DNA of 64,000 nucleotides from Somniosus microcephalus (lineage: Eukaryota): the NCBI GenBank assembly GCA_052327205.1, contig CM126205.1, positions 245,892,001 through 245,956,000 of the forward strand. Direction: 5' to 3'. Shown here in pieces: positions 13,368 to 25,500 of the stretch; the first letter of the stretch is position 1, and every line of letters starts with the position of its first letter. The position numbers were made by a program, and so were the translations under genes. Under the pieces are notes generated by a model that made no database searches, was not told the origin of the DNA, and worked only from the letters and a program-made list of their open reading frames with translations.

Positions 13368-14099
13368 ACTGAGTCTTTGCTGGGCTATGGACAACCCCCA
13401 ATAACCCCACCCAAATGGTAGTTATTCATGCTGGCCTGACGGTGATTTGTTGGCAAAATATTCCATGGCAGGGGAATCACAGCTGAACCTGATCCAATGC
13501 TTACCTTATGCCCACACACATACTTTCATACTAAGGGGAGGGTGGGGTGGGGAGGGGGGGTGTTTTAGAGTGTTAATCCTGATTGGTTACCCTCCTCCTT
13601 CACCTAGCAGGTTGATGCCAATTATATTACTTCTTTATTAAGTTACAAATATATATTTTCTGCACATTTTGCTTGTACAATGCTTTCCAGAGTTTTATAC
13701 ATTTTCTAATGCAGTCAAACTTGTGATTCACCGAAAATGGTAGCAGTTTTTTGCAACCCCATGACTAATTTCATTCATGAGTTACATAATCATACAGGAC
13801 AAATTAGATTTGTACAGTATCATATGGAATTTCACAAAATTGCATTCAAAATGAAAAGTGTATAAAACAATTCTAAATAACCACCAGAACACTGGTATTA
13901 AGCAGCAAAATCTTACTCAGTAGAATGATTGAAATACTCACTGAAAAAACTGGTGATAAATGTATACCTTGTAGGAATAGGTGTATTCCTAACAAATAAC
14001 GGAGCTTTACTTGGAAGAACAACAAACAGGATTTTAATGTTGAATTAGATGAAATACAGCAAACAACGTAGAACAATGCAGGAGAGTCGTGGAACAGGT

Positions 14100-14400
14100 C
14101 TTTCCCCAGTGGGGACGCCACGAGGACTGACTAGGCAGTCCGGAGGTTTGCGCGATGATGTCATCGCGTTTGCGTCGTGACGTCATCGTGTTGCTCGCGT
14201 TTCCCGCGCTTGGGGCGTCACGTGATGACGTTATCACGTTTACCCAGCATTGGAGCTGGCCGTTGCGGCCGAAGTCGCGGGAGCGGGAGACCGAGCTGGG
14301 CCGGCGATTTGCCGCGGGAGCGGGAGGCCGAGCTGGCCCGGCTCGCATTCTTAAAGGGGCGACGGCCCGAACATGCAAACTCAATACAACGTAGGTAAAG
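14100..14400. promoter_or_regulatory. CpG-island promoter, probably bidirectional
   Basis: A CpG-dense unique segment in an AT-rich background. Motifs: CRE TGACGTCA 14178-14185, palindrome CGCGATGATGTCATCGCG 14151-14168, E2F-like TTTCCCGC 14200-14207 and E-box GTCACGTGAT 14217-14226. Possible donors lie on both sides (minus GTAAAG at 14010; plus AG|GTAAAG at 14395). Confidence 0.7.
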
Positions 14401-15634
14401 GGAATTATGTCCTATAAGTAAGGGACACTCGGCAGTACCGCTACAACCTCAAATACTCAGTAATACACTGGATGAGATCGCTCAATCAGTAAGAGGTAGC
14501 TACAGAAAGCATATCTCTATCAGATTATGGGTTCAGGAAATAGAATAAAAGCTGCTGTTTCTGGAAGACTGGAAAGTGGCACAGGAGGCAGAGTCAAGTT
14601 GAAAAGAAAATCCAAGCAACTGGAACAAAATACTAATTGATATGGTGAGGCATAACTGCTGCAATATTGTATGCATCAGTGGTCCTTCCAATCAGAAGAA
14701 ATAGACAAATTGATTTGCACAATGTTGCTCGCAGAAGCTGTTGATTTTGGAGGAAGTGATGTCTAGGCCTAAAATAGAGTGGACTTATTCTTAAGTACCT
14801 ACTCTTTCAGACCCAAATGAATATTCAACTTTCACAGTGAAGAAATAAATAAACACACACTAATGCTTGACAGAAAAAAAAAGAATTTTGTTTTGGTTTT
14901 CTTTAGAATTGCAGAGCCATAAGGGTAAATTTAATGAAGCACAGACATTTCTCCAATCATTGAGTGCAGAAGATACCTGACTAAAGAGGATCGCAGCAGA
15001 AGGGAAAAGTCACACCTTCAAAAAGCCCGAGGGAAACCTTAAAATATGTTGGAAAACACTGTGATAAAGGAGGCGTCGGGAGCTCAAAGGAAATGATTAA
15101 GAACATGGTTGTAAGAGTAGACTAATTCTATTGGCAAATGTGAGATCTGGGCACACATTTGTTATTTCAGATGTGCATTCAAATAAAGTTCTACTACGAT
15201 GAAAATCCAGTCTGCCCTGCCACACATGGAGTTGATAATCCACCTGGCATTAGTTTTAATGCTGACCTAACACCATGTGGATTAAATCAGTTTAAGGTAT
15301 AAAAATGCAGTTTGGTGCAGTAACACACATATCACATATACACATATTTAGCAGCGGGGGTTTGGGGGGCAGGGAATGTTAACACCAATGAATTACAGCA
15401 AAGAACAGCAATTATTGGGAAGGTGGAGATGGTAGCTGGATCCAATTAAATTAGGCAGACAACAATTCCTAAATCATTACACAGCACACTTACCAGGGCT
15501 TAATTTAATATGAGGAGAGGAATGTTATTGCAAGTAAACTCAATTTTTATCATGCAGAATGTGAGAGTGTAAAAGAGTAATCAACCCGTGTATCGCTGGA
15601 TAGAATGGTTTTAAAAATTGCTTTCTACGGTACA

Positions 15635-16775
15635 AATCTAGTTTAATTTTTTGAGGAGGCCCCTAGCATGGTGGATAGGGGAGTGTCTAAGGATGTTGTC
15701 TATATGGACTTCCAAAAGGCATTTGATATGGTTTTACACAATATATTAACAAAAAAAAGCACATGGAATTGGAGGTAACCTTGTGACATGGGTTGTTAAT
15801 TGGTTGGGAGGTAGGAGACAGAGAGTAGAGATAAAGGGAATGTACACTGATTTGCAGGATGTGACAAGTGATGTTCCTCAGAGCTCTGTACTGGGGCCTC
15901 AGCTTCACCATATCTATATATATCAATGGATAAAGGAACAGAGTTATATATCCAAGTTTGCAGATGAAACTAAGTCAGGAGGCACAGTAACTTGTGTGGA
16001 TGGGAGCAGGAAGTTAGAAAGGGACATAGACTAAGTGAATGGACAAAACTATGGCAGATGGAGTTCAGTGTAGGGAAGTGTGAGGTTCTCCACTTTGCAT
16101 CCAGGAAAGACAAATCTGAATATTTTCTTAATGATGAGAGACTAAGAGCTGTGGAGGAGGAAAAGGATATAAGTGTCCTGTACATAAATCACTAAAAGTT
16201 GTTGCACAGGTACACAAAGTTGGAATACAAAAGTGAGGAAGTGATGCTTTAGTTGTACAGAACCTTGGTCAGAATCCATCTGGAGTACTGCACTCAGTTT
16301 TGGGCACTGAACCACAGGAAACATATATTGGCCTTGGACGGGTATAACATGGATTCACCAGAATGATATAATTAAAGGGTTAAATTATGAGGACAAGTTG
16401 CATAAACTTTGTTTTGTATTCCCTTGAGTTTAGAAGGTTGACGGGTGATCTAATTGAGGTCTTTAAAATGATTAAATAGATTTAATAGTGTAGAAACAGA
16501 GTAACCGTCTCCTCTGGTGAGGAATACCAAACAGGGCACAATGATAAAGTTCGAGCTCAGCCATTGAGGAGTGAAACCAGGAAGCACATTTTCATCCAAG
16601 AGTAGTAAAACTCTGGAACCCTCTCTCCCAAACTCTGCGGATGCTAGGACAATTGCAACTATCAAGACTGGTTTTTGTTAGGTAAGGGTATCAAGGGATA
16701 TGGATCAAAGTTGGGTAAATGCAGTTGAGGTACAGATCAGCCATGATCTAATTGAATGGCAGAACAGACTCGGAG
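15635..16775 (+). mobile_element. Old 5'-truncated CR1 LINE
   Basis: Decayed RT (YMDFQKAFD, DVPQSSVLGPQL, SKFADET) and a CR1 3' UTR. Confidence 0.8.
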
Positions 16776-17169
16776 GAGGATCAGGTGCCTGGCTTCCAGT
16801 CCTTTTCTAGCAAGTGACTGAGCTTATATAATATTGTTAAAATGGCACAGGAGAACAAACTGCCAAATCATACTGAACTTTCCAGAAGCAGCAACAGAGC
16901 TACATGCAAAGGACGGTGAGCACTTATCAAGCTGAAGTGTTTGATCAAATATAAAACTGGGTTTGAAAGGTTGGCTTATAGAATGAAAAGTGGAATAAAC
17001 ATTTTTTTGTGATGACTAGAAATATATTGTAGATACATTAAGTATTATTTAGTAGCAAGGTAATAAACATTTCACTTGGGTTCCAAGATAGTTTATTGAA
17101 GTAAAATTGATGATATTTACAAAGGAAATATTTGATTTATATTAGTGCAGTGACTGTTACATAGATAAT

Positions 17170-17871
17170 GGGCCGTATTTTCCGATCTGGAAAAAATCTA
17201 CGCACTTACCTGAAGGCTCCCGAGGTGCATATAGTCCCGCTCCTGGGCCTCTCCAACTCCAAGTGCGCAGGGCCTACGTATCCCAGAGGCACAGGCGGTT
17301 CACAAGCGTCCCTGGGATCACATGGGCCATGGGGAGCCAATCAAAGAAGGGAATCTCCCTTCATACACTTGACAGCTAGACCTGTCAAATATATGAATGG
17401 AGATCAATGAAAAACATAGTAAAACTTTAAATAAATTTAAAAAAATCACCTTTTTAAAATTAGTTGAAATTACAATAAATTTTAAACAAAAATTTTATTT
17501 TTTGAAAAAAATAATTAAAGTTTTTTATGGGGCTAAAAATAAACTTACTTTTTTTTTAAAGTATTTTTAAATGATAAATGACTGAAAAAATAATTATTTT
17601 TACTTTTTTCAACTCTTATCCTGGTAAAAGCAGGCCTTACACCTGCTTTTACCAGGCGTAAGAATTCTAAGGGTTTTCTGCGGGCGGAGGGGCTCCAAAA
17701 AGCGGAACTATCCACCCGCAGAGGCCCTTCTCTAGGGCAGGCGTCCAATCTGTCGAGAGCATTCTTGACAGATTGGAAATGCCGGTTTTCAGCACATACA
17801 CTGTGCATGCCTGAAACCGGCATTTCCGATGTCCCTACGGGTGGGTACACAGGGATCGGAATATCCGGGCC
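17170..17871. mobile_element. MITE (Harbinger-like non-autonomous, 702 bp)
   Basis: 18-bp TIR GGGCCGTATTTTCCGATC versus reverse complement GGCCCGGATATTCCGATC (15/18 match), with an AT-rich core. Confidence 0.7.
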
Positions 17872-18744
17872 AAAACCATTAGAAATCCCTTAATGCATGC
17901 CTACCATAACTTCATCAAGAGCCATGGGAATATTGCACATTTTGTTTCCCTGACCTTTCCCTAGGGCCTCACTCAGCTTAAGCTCTCAAATAACAGATAT
18001 GCTCCTGCTATTGTCCAGAAAATGGTAATACCCAAATTGCCAGCACAGGCAATCCCACCATTTCAAATTTGCACCTATAGAAGTGTAGTCAACTGTAAAT
18101 ACAGGCAGCGACCTTCAATGCTGTGTCTCCACTCCAAAAGCCCCCTGCCAGGAATGATGAGGACCTCATGGAAGCACACTAATGCAAATCAGCACTGGAA
18201 GAGCGATGCATGATCAGGAGCATGGCTTTCGGTCCTTTTCTAGCAACTGACAGAGCTTGTATACTAACTCCCTGTTGAAACAAAGCTTCCACAAGCACTG
18301 GTGCTCTAAGAGGTACAGGAATATCTACATTGCTGTGTATACCCTATCAGCTGAGTACCTCCGAGTCAGCAACCTCCTCCTCTGGTGTTGTCAATGCTCT
18401 CTCATCCAGCAGTGCTTCCCATTCCTGCTCCAGATAGCATATGTAAAAGATCACAAAGGGCAACCTCACCCTGCACCTCGAATTGGTGTCTTCCTAGACA
18501 CCATAAATAGCCTCATGGTACTAACAGCTATCCACCACACTCCCCTTTTTATGGGGGCAGCTTGCCAACAATTTGTGACTAACCCACATGGTTCTGCAGT
18601 TTGAGTGGCTCTGTGCTACTTCCTGCAACTCAACAGCTTTCTTTACTTATTTCAAGGTTCTTTGCTAACAGTGAGTGTTGTTGCAAGTGAAGAATCCCTC
18701 ATTATTTTTTTTAAGGCTTGTGCTCACGACACTTGCTCATAGTC

Positions 18745-19440
18745 ATGGGGGCTGTACTAGCAGTCGACCTCGCCCTCCAGGATCTACGGCAGAGGGAGCG
18801 GAGGAAGACAGGAAAATGAGGGAGGAGAGCCAGGAGGGCTCTCAACAGGAGGCCTTTCTCATCTAGGGTCTTCCGACAGCACGTCTATTTCCAATTAAGC
18901 AAGGAGCAGTGTATTAGGAGGCTACACTTCACCAAGGAGGTGGTCACAAAACTATGCCACCTCCTGCAACCAGACCTGCAGCCTCAGAGCAGGGTGATCA
19001 CGGCTCTCCCAGTGGCAGTCAAGGTCACCGTGGCCCTCAATTTCTTTGCCAGCAGATCCTTCCAGTCTGGAGCAGGAGACATAGCTAACATCTCCCAGTT
19101 TGCTGTCCATCACTACATCTAGGAGGTCACAGAGGCTCTTTACACCAGAAGGGACTACGTTGGCTTCTCTCTCAGCAGAGTGAAACAGGAGGAGCTCACG
19201 CATGTGGCTTTGCCAGGATAGCAGGCTTCCACTTGGTGCAGGGTGCCATCAAATGCACCCACGTGGCTTTGCGGGCAATTCTGAGATCTTCCGTAACCAC
19301 AAAGGCTACCACTCACTTAATGTGCAGTTGATGTGCGACCACGCACAGCGAATGCTCAATGTTAATGCCAGCTATCCTGGCAGTAGCCATGATGCCTTTA
19401 TCCTTTGCCAGTCCGGTGTGCCAGAAATCTTCCAGCTACC
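18745..19440 (+). pseudogene. Harbinger transposase pseudogene (H2); its right TIR is probably CCAATTTCTAGGC near 28586
   Basis: Reads MGAVLAV...[20 protein letters not shown]...NHKGYHSLNVQLMCD...YPGSSHDAFIL, with stops and frameshifts. It is truncated at a junction with a CR1 ORF1 fragment. Confidence 0.8.
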
Positions 19441-20027
19441 ACTATAGCTCTACCCCTCTTTCCTCCCGTCCTGTGCAGCAGAGCCACCCCTGGTGCCAGG
19501 AAGTTGGCTGCTGCTGCCTTCCCCTGGTAAGCCATCCCCTCCATCAGTATCCAAAGCGGTATATCTGTTTGAGAGGGGGATGGCCACAGGGGACCCCTGC
19601 ACTACCTGCCTGCACCTACTACTCTGCCTGTTGGTCACCCGTTCCCTTTCTGCCTGTGCCACCTTTACCTGCGGTGTGACCAACTGATTAAATGTGCTAT
19701 TCACGACGTCCTCAGCATTGCAAATGGTCCAGTATGTATCCAATCGCTGCTCTAGCACCGCAATGCGGTCTGCCAGTAGCTGCAACTGGACACACTTCCT
19801 GCACACATGGTTGTCAGGGACACAGGAAGTGTCCCTGAGTTCCCACATAGCGCAGGAGGAGATTACCATGGCACCGGGCTGTCCTGCCATGACATACCCT
19901 TTAATTAATTGCAATTAAATTAAATCAAATCAATCCCACCAATTACACTACAGTTAAATGGTATATTTAAGGGCCCTGGTTTACAAACAGTCTCCGCTAC
20001 ACCACAGAGACTTTAGAAACTATAAAC
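19441..20027 (-). mobile_element. CR1 5' portion (ORF1 zinc-finger/leucine-zipper region), 3' part deleted
   Basis: CAMWE...HVCRKC..LQLL...LEQRL...LSNRY..L is homologous to ORF1 at 35474. It ends at RAIVV, where it shares CTACCAC microhomology with the Harbinger sequence. Confidence 0.75.
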
Positions 20028-20450
20028 TAGTGTATGTACCTTTAAGGGGAGAACTACATTTTACAGCTCCTGTATACTGTAGTACCGGCAGTGACCACAC
20101 CTGTATATAACCCTGAGTAGGGATCTGTACAGTTAGTTTTTAGAGTAACCCTCATCCAGTAAACACCTGTTGATTGTTCCCTGCAGTCTCTTGTCTAATT
20201 ATTCAAGGACACACAACATCAAGATACACGGATCTAACATTGGCGACGAGAAGGTTCAAACCTACCTGCAACTCTGCATCACCTCCCAGGGATTCGCTCC
20301 TGGAGAACAGTGAAAGAAGAAGGCCGAGTCCAGAAGCACGGATGTCGACCATCCAGCGGAGACTCCAGCGAAACGGGCTGGCAACAGGTACGGCGCAGAC
20401 CCTTCCCGGACAGCGGCTGCTAGAGCCGACCGACGGCACAGAAAAATGCC

Positions 20451-20670
20451 GAGCAGCGTCGACGGGAGAAGAGAGAGGGTAGAGTGCACAGGGCGCAGCC
20501 GATGTTCGGGGCTGAGTGGCGTCGACGGGAGAAGAGAGAGGGTAGAGCGCACAGGGTGCAGCCAGTGTTCAGGACCGAGCAGCGTCGACGGGAGAAGAGA
20601 GAGGGTAGAGCGCACAGGGCGCAGCCGGTGTTCAGGACCGAGCGGCGTCAACGCGAGAAGAGAGAGGCAT
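20451..20670 (+). repeat. 63-bp tandem repeat (~3.5 copies) in the Gypsy A leader
   Basis: GAG(C/T)(A/G)GCGTC recurs at 20451, 20514, 20577 and 20640. Confidence 0.9.
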
Positions 20671-20737
20671 GCAGGAAAATGAGCAGAGCGCAGCTGGTGT
20701 TCAAGGGCTGAGCAGCATCAGCGGGGAAGAAAAAAAA

Positions 20738-20895
20738 GCGTGGGAGACGCCATTTTGAGCCGCAGCGGAGAAGAAGGGAGAGTGTGGGAGACGCCATTTT
20801 GAGCCGCAGCGGAGAAGAAGGGAGAGCGTGGGAGACGCCATTTTGAGCCACAGCGGAGAAGAAGGGAGAGCGCGGGAGACACCATTTTGAGCCAG
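20738..20895 (+). repeat. 44-bp tandem repeat (~3.5 copies) with YY1-like CGCCATTTT motifs
   Basis: GGGAGACGCCATTTTGAGCC recurs with period 44 (20741, 20785, 20829, 20873). Confidence 0.9.
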
Positions 20896-22585
20896 TCTAA
20901 CCACACCCAGGGATGCCGAAGAGTGGCAGTATCTCTACGTTCGACAATGAAGTCGAAGATTGGGCGACATATGTGGAACATATTGAGGTGTACTGCAGGG
21001 CGAATGAAGTGCCAGATGCTAATAAAGCACTGGTTCTGTTAAATTCCATGGGTGCAAAAACTTATGGGTTACTGCGAAATCTAATAACCCCAGAGAAGCC
21101 GGTAAACAAGAATTTTGAAAGCATAGTAGAAATCCTACAGGACCACTTAAACCCCACACCACTGCTGATAGCAGAATGATTTAAGTTCCATAAAAGGAAC
21201 CAACACAAAGACGAAAGCAATGTTGAGTACCTAACGGAACTGTGCAAGCTATCGAAATACTGCCAGTTTGGAGTGGGACTAGCAGACACGTTAAGGGACA
21301 AGTTTGTGTGTGGGCTACAAAGTGAAGGAACCCAGAAACGGCTTCTATCAGAAAAGGACCTTACGCTGGACAAAGCTTTCAGTATGGCAGTATCACACGA
21401 AGCAGCCGCAAGGGGCGCTGCAGAGATACAACGGAGACCGCAAGAATATGGCACCAACAAAATGACCTATGGAACAGGGAAGTGCTATCGCTGCGGCAGA
21501 ACAACACATGACCAGAAAGATTATTGGTTCAAGGACCAAGTGTGCAGACAGTGTGGGAAAGCAGGACACATAGCAAGAGTCTGCAGGTCTGGGAAGAAAA
21601 CCAACAGTAAGAAATCTCCACAGGAGAAGTACAAAAAGGTACACCAGGTGATGGACAGTGGTTCAGATGAATAGAAAAGTGACACAGACTCCGGAAGCAA
21701 GGAACTGGGTTGTCTGAAACTACATAATGTAACCAAAATGGAGGATCACCAGACTATCTGGGTTACACTCAAGATAGACGGAGTCCAAGTGGAAATGGAA
21801 TTGGACACAGGGTCAGCTCTAACAGTCATAAATCAAAGAGACTACAAGCGGCTATTTTCACACATACCCTTGAAAGCTACAGAGATTGCCTTGAAGACGT
21901 ATACGGGGCAAAAAGTCTACCCCAAAGGAAAAATAAGGGTGAAAGTGACATATAAAGGTCAGGAAATACCTAAAATGGATATATATGTATTGCCAAATGG
22001 AGGACCACCACTGCTAGGACGTGAATGGATCCGGAAGATACATTTAGATTGGCATTCCATACAGGCACTGAAGGTGGAGGCCAAAAAGGATGACGACGTC
22101 ACACCTGGACGACTGTCAAAAATGCTAACTGACGCAAAAGAAGTGTTCCAGGAGGGACTAGCAACACTAAAAGGAATAACAGCAACAATTAAAATAGAGG
22201 ATGATGCAAGCCCAAAGTTTCTGAAGGCCAGACCAGTGCCTTATGCGATCAGACCAGCGGTTGAAGCAGAGCTGGAAGGGTTGGAACATTCAGGAGTACT
22301 GTCCAAAGTGGACTGGAGCGAGTGGGCTACACCCATCGTTCCTGTAATGAAGAGGTCGTTGAGTAATACGCCTGGGGAACCAAAGAAGGTCCGCATCTGT
22401 GGGGATTTTAAGGTGACAGTGAACCCAGTCCTTCACACGGTGCAATATCCGCTTCCACGAATTGAGGATATTTTCGCCTCGCTATCTGGTGGTAAACGCT
22501 TTACCAAAATTGATCTAGCCCAGGCGTACTTGCAAATGGAGGTAGAAGAAGCTTCGAAACATTACCTTACGATCAACACCCATAA

Positions 22586-25500
22586 CCAGAGCGGAACAAA
22601 TATCCTTGTGGGGAGGTTTGCTAGCACTGTTGGGGGGGGTTTAAACTAACTTGGCAGGGGGATGGGATACAGAGGGGAGCTGAAATAGGGGGGGATGTGC
22701 TGCCAATTATAGAGAAAAAAACAAGTCAGCTTGGTAGACAGGGCAAATATATAAGGGCAAGGCTGGATGGCATCTACTTTAATGCAAGGAGTCTTGCGAA
22801 TAAGGTGGATGAACTGAAGGTGTTGATAAACACATGGGAGTATGATATTGTTGCTATCACGGAGACATGGTTGAGGGAAGGGCAAGACTGGCAGCTCAAT
22901 ATTCCGGGGTACAGAATCTTCAGGCGAGACAGAGGGGGAGGTATAAGAGGAGGGGGTGTCGCAATATTAATTAAGGAGTCAATTACTGCAGTAAGGAGGG
23001 ATGATATATTAGCAGGGTCCTCTAATGAGGCCATATGGGTGGAGCTTAAAAACAAAAAGGGGGCAAGCACTTTTCTGGGAGTGTACTATAGGCCTCCAAA
23101 CAGTCAGGGGGAGATAGAGGAACAGATATGTAGGCAAATCTCAGAGAAATGTGCAAATAATAGGGTAATAATAATGGGGGATTTCAACTTCCCCAATATT
23201 AACTGGGATAGTCAGAGTGTGAAAGGCTCAGAGGGTGTAGAATTCTTAAAGTGCATCCAGGAGAGCTTTTTGAGCCAGCATGTAGAAAGTCCTACAAGAG
23301 AGGGGGCGGTACTGGACCTAATTCTAGGGAATGTGGCCGGCCAAGTGGAAAAAGTGCTAGTAGGTGAGCACTTTGGTGATAGTGACCATAATATGGTAAG
23401 ATTTAAGGTGGCCATGGAAAAGGACAGGGATGGGCCAGAAATAAAGGTTCTAAATTGGGGGAAGGCTGATTTTAATAGGATAAGGCAGGATCTGGCCAAA
23501 ATGGACTGGGATCAGCTACTTGTAGGAAAATCCGCATCGGAGCAATGGGAGGCTTTCAGAAGGGAGATTGAGATCATACAATGGCAACATGTTCCCGTAA
23601 AGGTCAAGGGTGGTTCCAAAAACCACAGGGAACCTTGGATGACAGGGGATATACGAGAATGGATTAGGAAAAAAAGGAGGGCTTTTGGTAGATACAAAAG
23701 GCTAAAGACGGAGGAAGCCCTAGAGGAGTACAAAAAGTGCAGGGGGATACTTAAAAAAGAAATTAGGAGATCAAGGAGGGGCCATGAAATAACACTGGCA
23801 AGCAAAATAAAGGAAAATCCGAAGATGTTTTATAAGTATATTAAGGGTAAGAGGATAACTAGGGAAAAAATAGGGCCCATTAGGGACAAAAGTGGCAATC
23901 TGTGTGTGGAGCCGGAAGATGTAGGAGGGGTTCTAAATGAATTTTTTGCATCTGTTTTCACTATGGAGAAGGACGATGTAGACATAGAAATAGGGCGGGG
24001 GGACTGTGATATGCTCGAACATATTAACATCGAGCGGGAGGAGGTATTGGCGGTTTTAGCTGGCCTAAAAATGGATAAATCCCCAGGCCCGGATGAAATG
24101 TATCCCAGGTTGCTGTGTGAGGCAAAGGAGGAGATTGCGGGGGCTCTAACACATATATTCAGGACCTCTCTGGCCACAGGGGATGTGCCAGAGGACTGGA
24201 GAACCGCTAATGTAGTACCATTATTCAAGAAGGGTAGTAGGGAAAAACCGGGGAACTACAGGCCAGTGAGCCTAACATCAGTGGTAGGAAAATTATTGGA
24301 AAAAATCCTGAGGGACAAAATTTGTCTCCACTTGGAGAGGCAAGGATTAATCAGGGATAGTCAACATGGCTTTGTCAAGGGAACATCATGTCTGACTAAT
24401 TTGATTGAATTTTTTGAGGGGGTGACTAGGTGTGTGGATGAGGGTAACGCAGTGGATGTGGTATACATGGATTTCAGTAAGGCCTTCGATAAAGTCCCGC
24501 ACAGGAGACTGGTCAAGAAGGTAAGAGCCCATGGAATCCAGGGTGCCTTGGCACATTGGATACAAAACTGGCTTAGTGGCAGAAGGCAGAGGGTGATGGT
24601 CGAAGGTTGTTTTTGTGACTGGAAGCCTGTGGCCAGTGGGGTACCACAGGGATCGGTGCTGGGTCCCTTGCTGTTTGTGGTCTACATTAATGACTTGGAT
24701 ATGAATGTAAAGGGTATGATCAGTAAGTTCGCGGATGATACAAAAATTGGTAGGGTGGTAAATAGCGAGGAGGGTAGCCTCAGTCTGCAGGACGATATAG
24801 ATGGGTTGGTCAGATGGGCGGAACAGTGGCAAATGGAATTTAACCCGGAAAAGTGCGAGGTGATGCACTTTGGGGGGACTAACAAGGCAAAGGAATACAC
24901 AATGAATGGAAAGACCCTAGGCAAGACGGAGGGTCAGAGGGATCTGGGTGTGCAAGTACACAGATCCCTGAAGGCGGCGGAACAGGTGGATAAGGTGGTA
25001 AAAAAGGCATATGGGATACTTGCCTTCATTAGCCGAGGCATTGAATATAAGAGCAAGGAGGTTATGATGGAGCTGTATAAAACACTGGTTAGGCCACAGC
25101 TGGAATATTGTGTGCAGTTCTGGTCGCCACACTACAGGAAGGATGTGATCGCGTTAGAGAGGGTGCAGAGGAGGTTCACCAGGATGTTACCAGGGCTGGA
25201 GCGCTTCAGCTATGAAGAGAGACTGGGCAGGTTGGGTTTGTTTTCCTTGGAGCTGAGGAGGCTGAGGGGGGACATGATTGAGGTGTACAAAATTATGAGG
25301 GGCATAGATAGGATGGATGCTGAGGAGCTTTTTCCCTTAGTAGAGGGGTCAATAACTAGGGGGCATAGATTCAAGGTAAAGGGCGGGAGGTTTAGAGGGG
25401 ATTTGAGAAAGAACTTTTTCACCCAGAGGGTGGTTGGAGTCTGGAACTCACTGCCTGAAAGGGTTGTGGAGGCAGAAACCCTCACAACATTTAAGAAGCA

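Noticed and set aside
14034-14398. 73-116 aa ORFs over the CpG island
   Set aside because: Expected from high GC content; low-complexity products with no recognisable homology.
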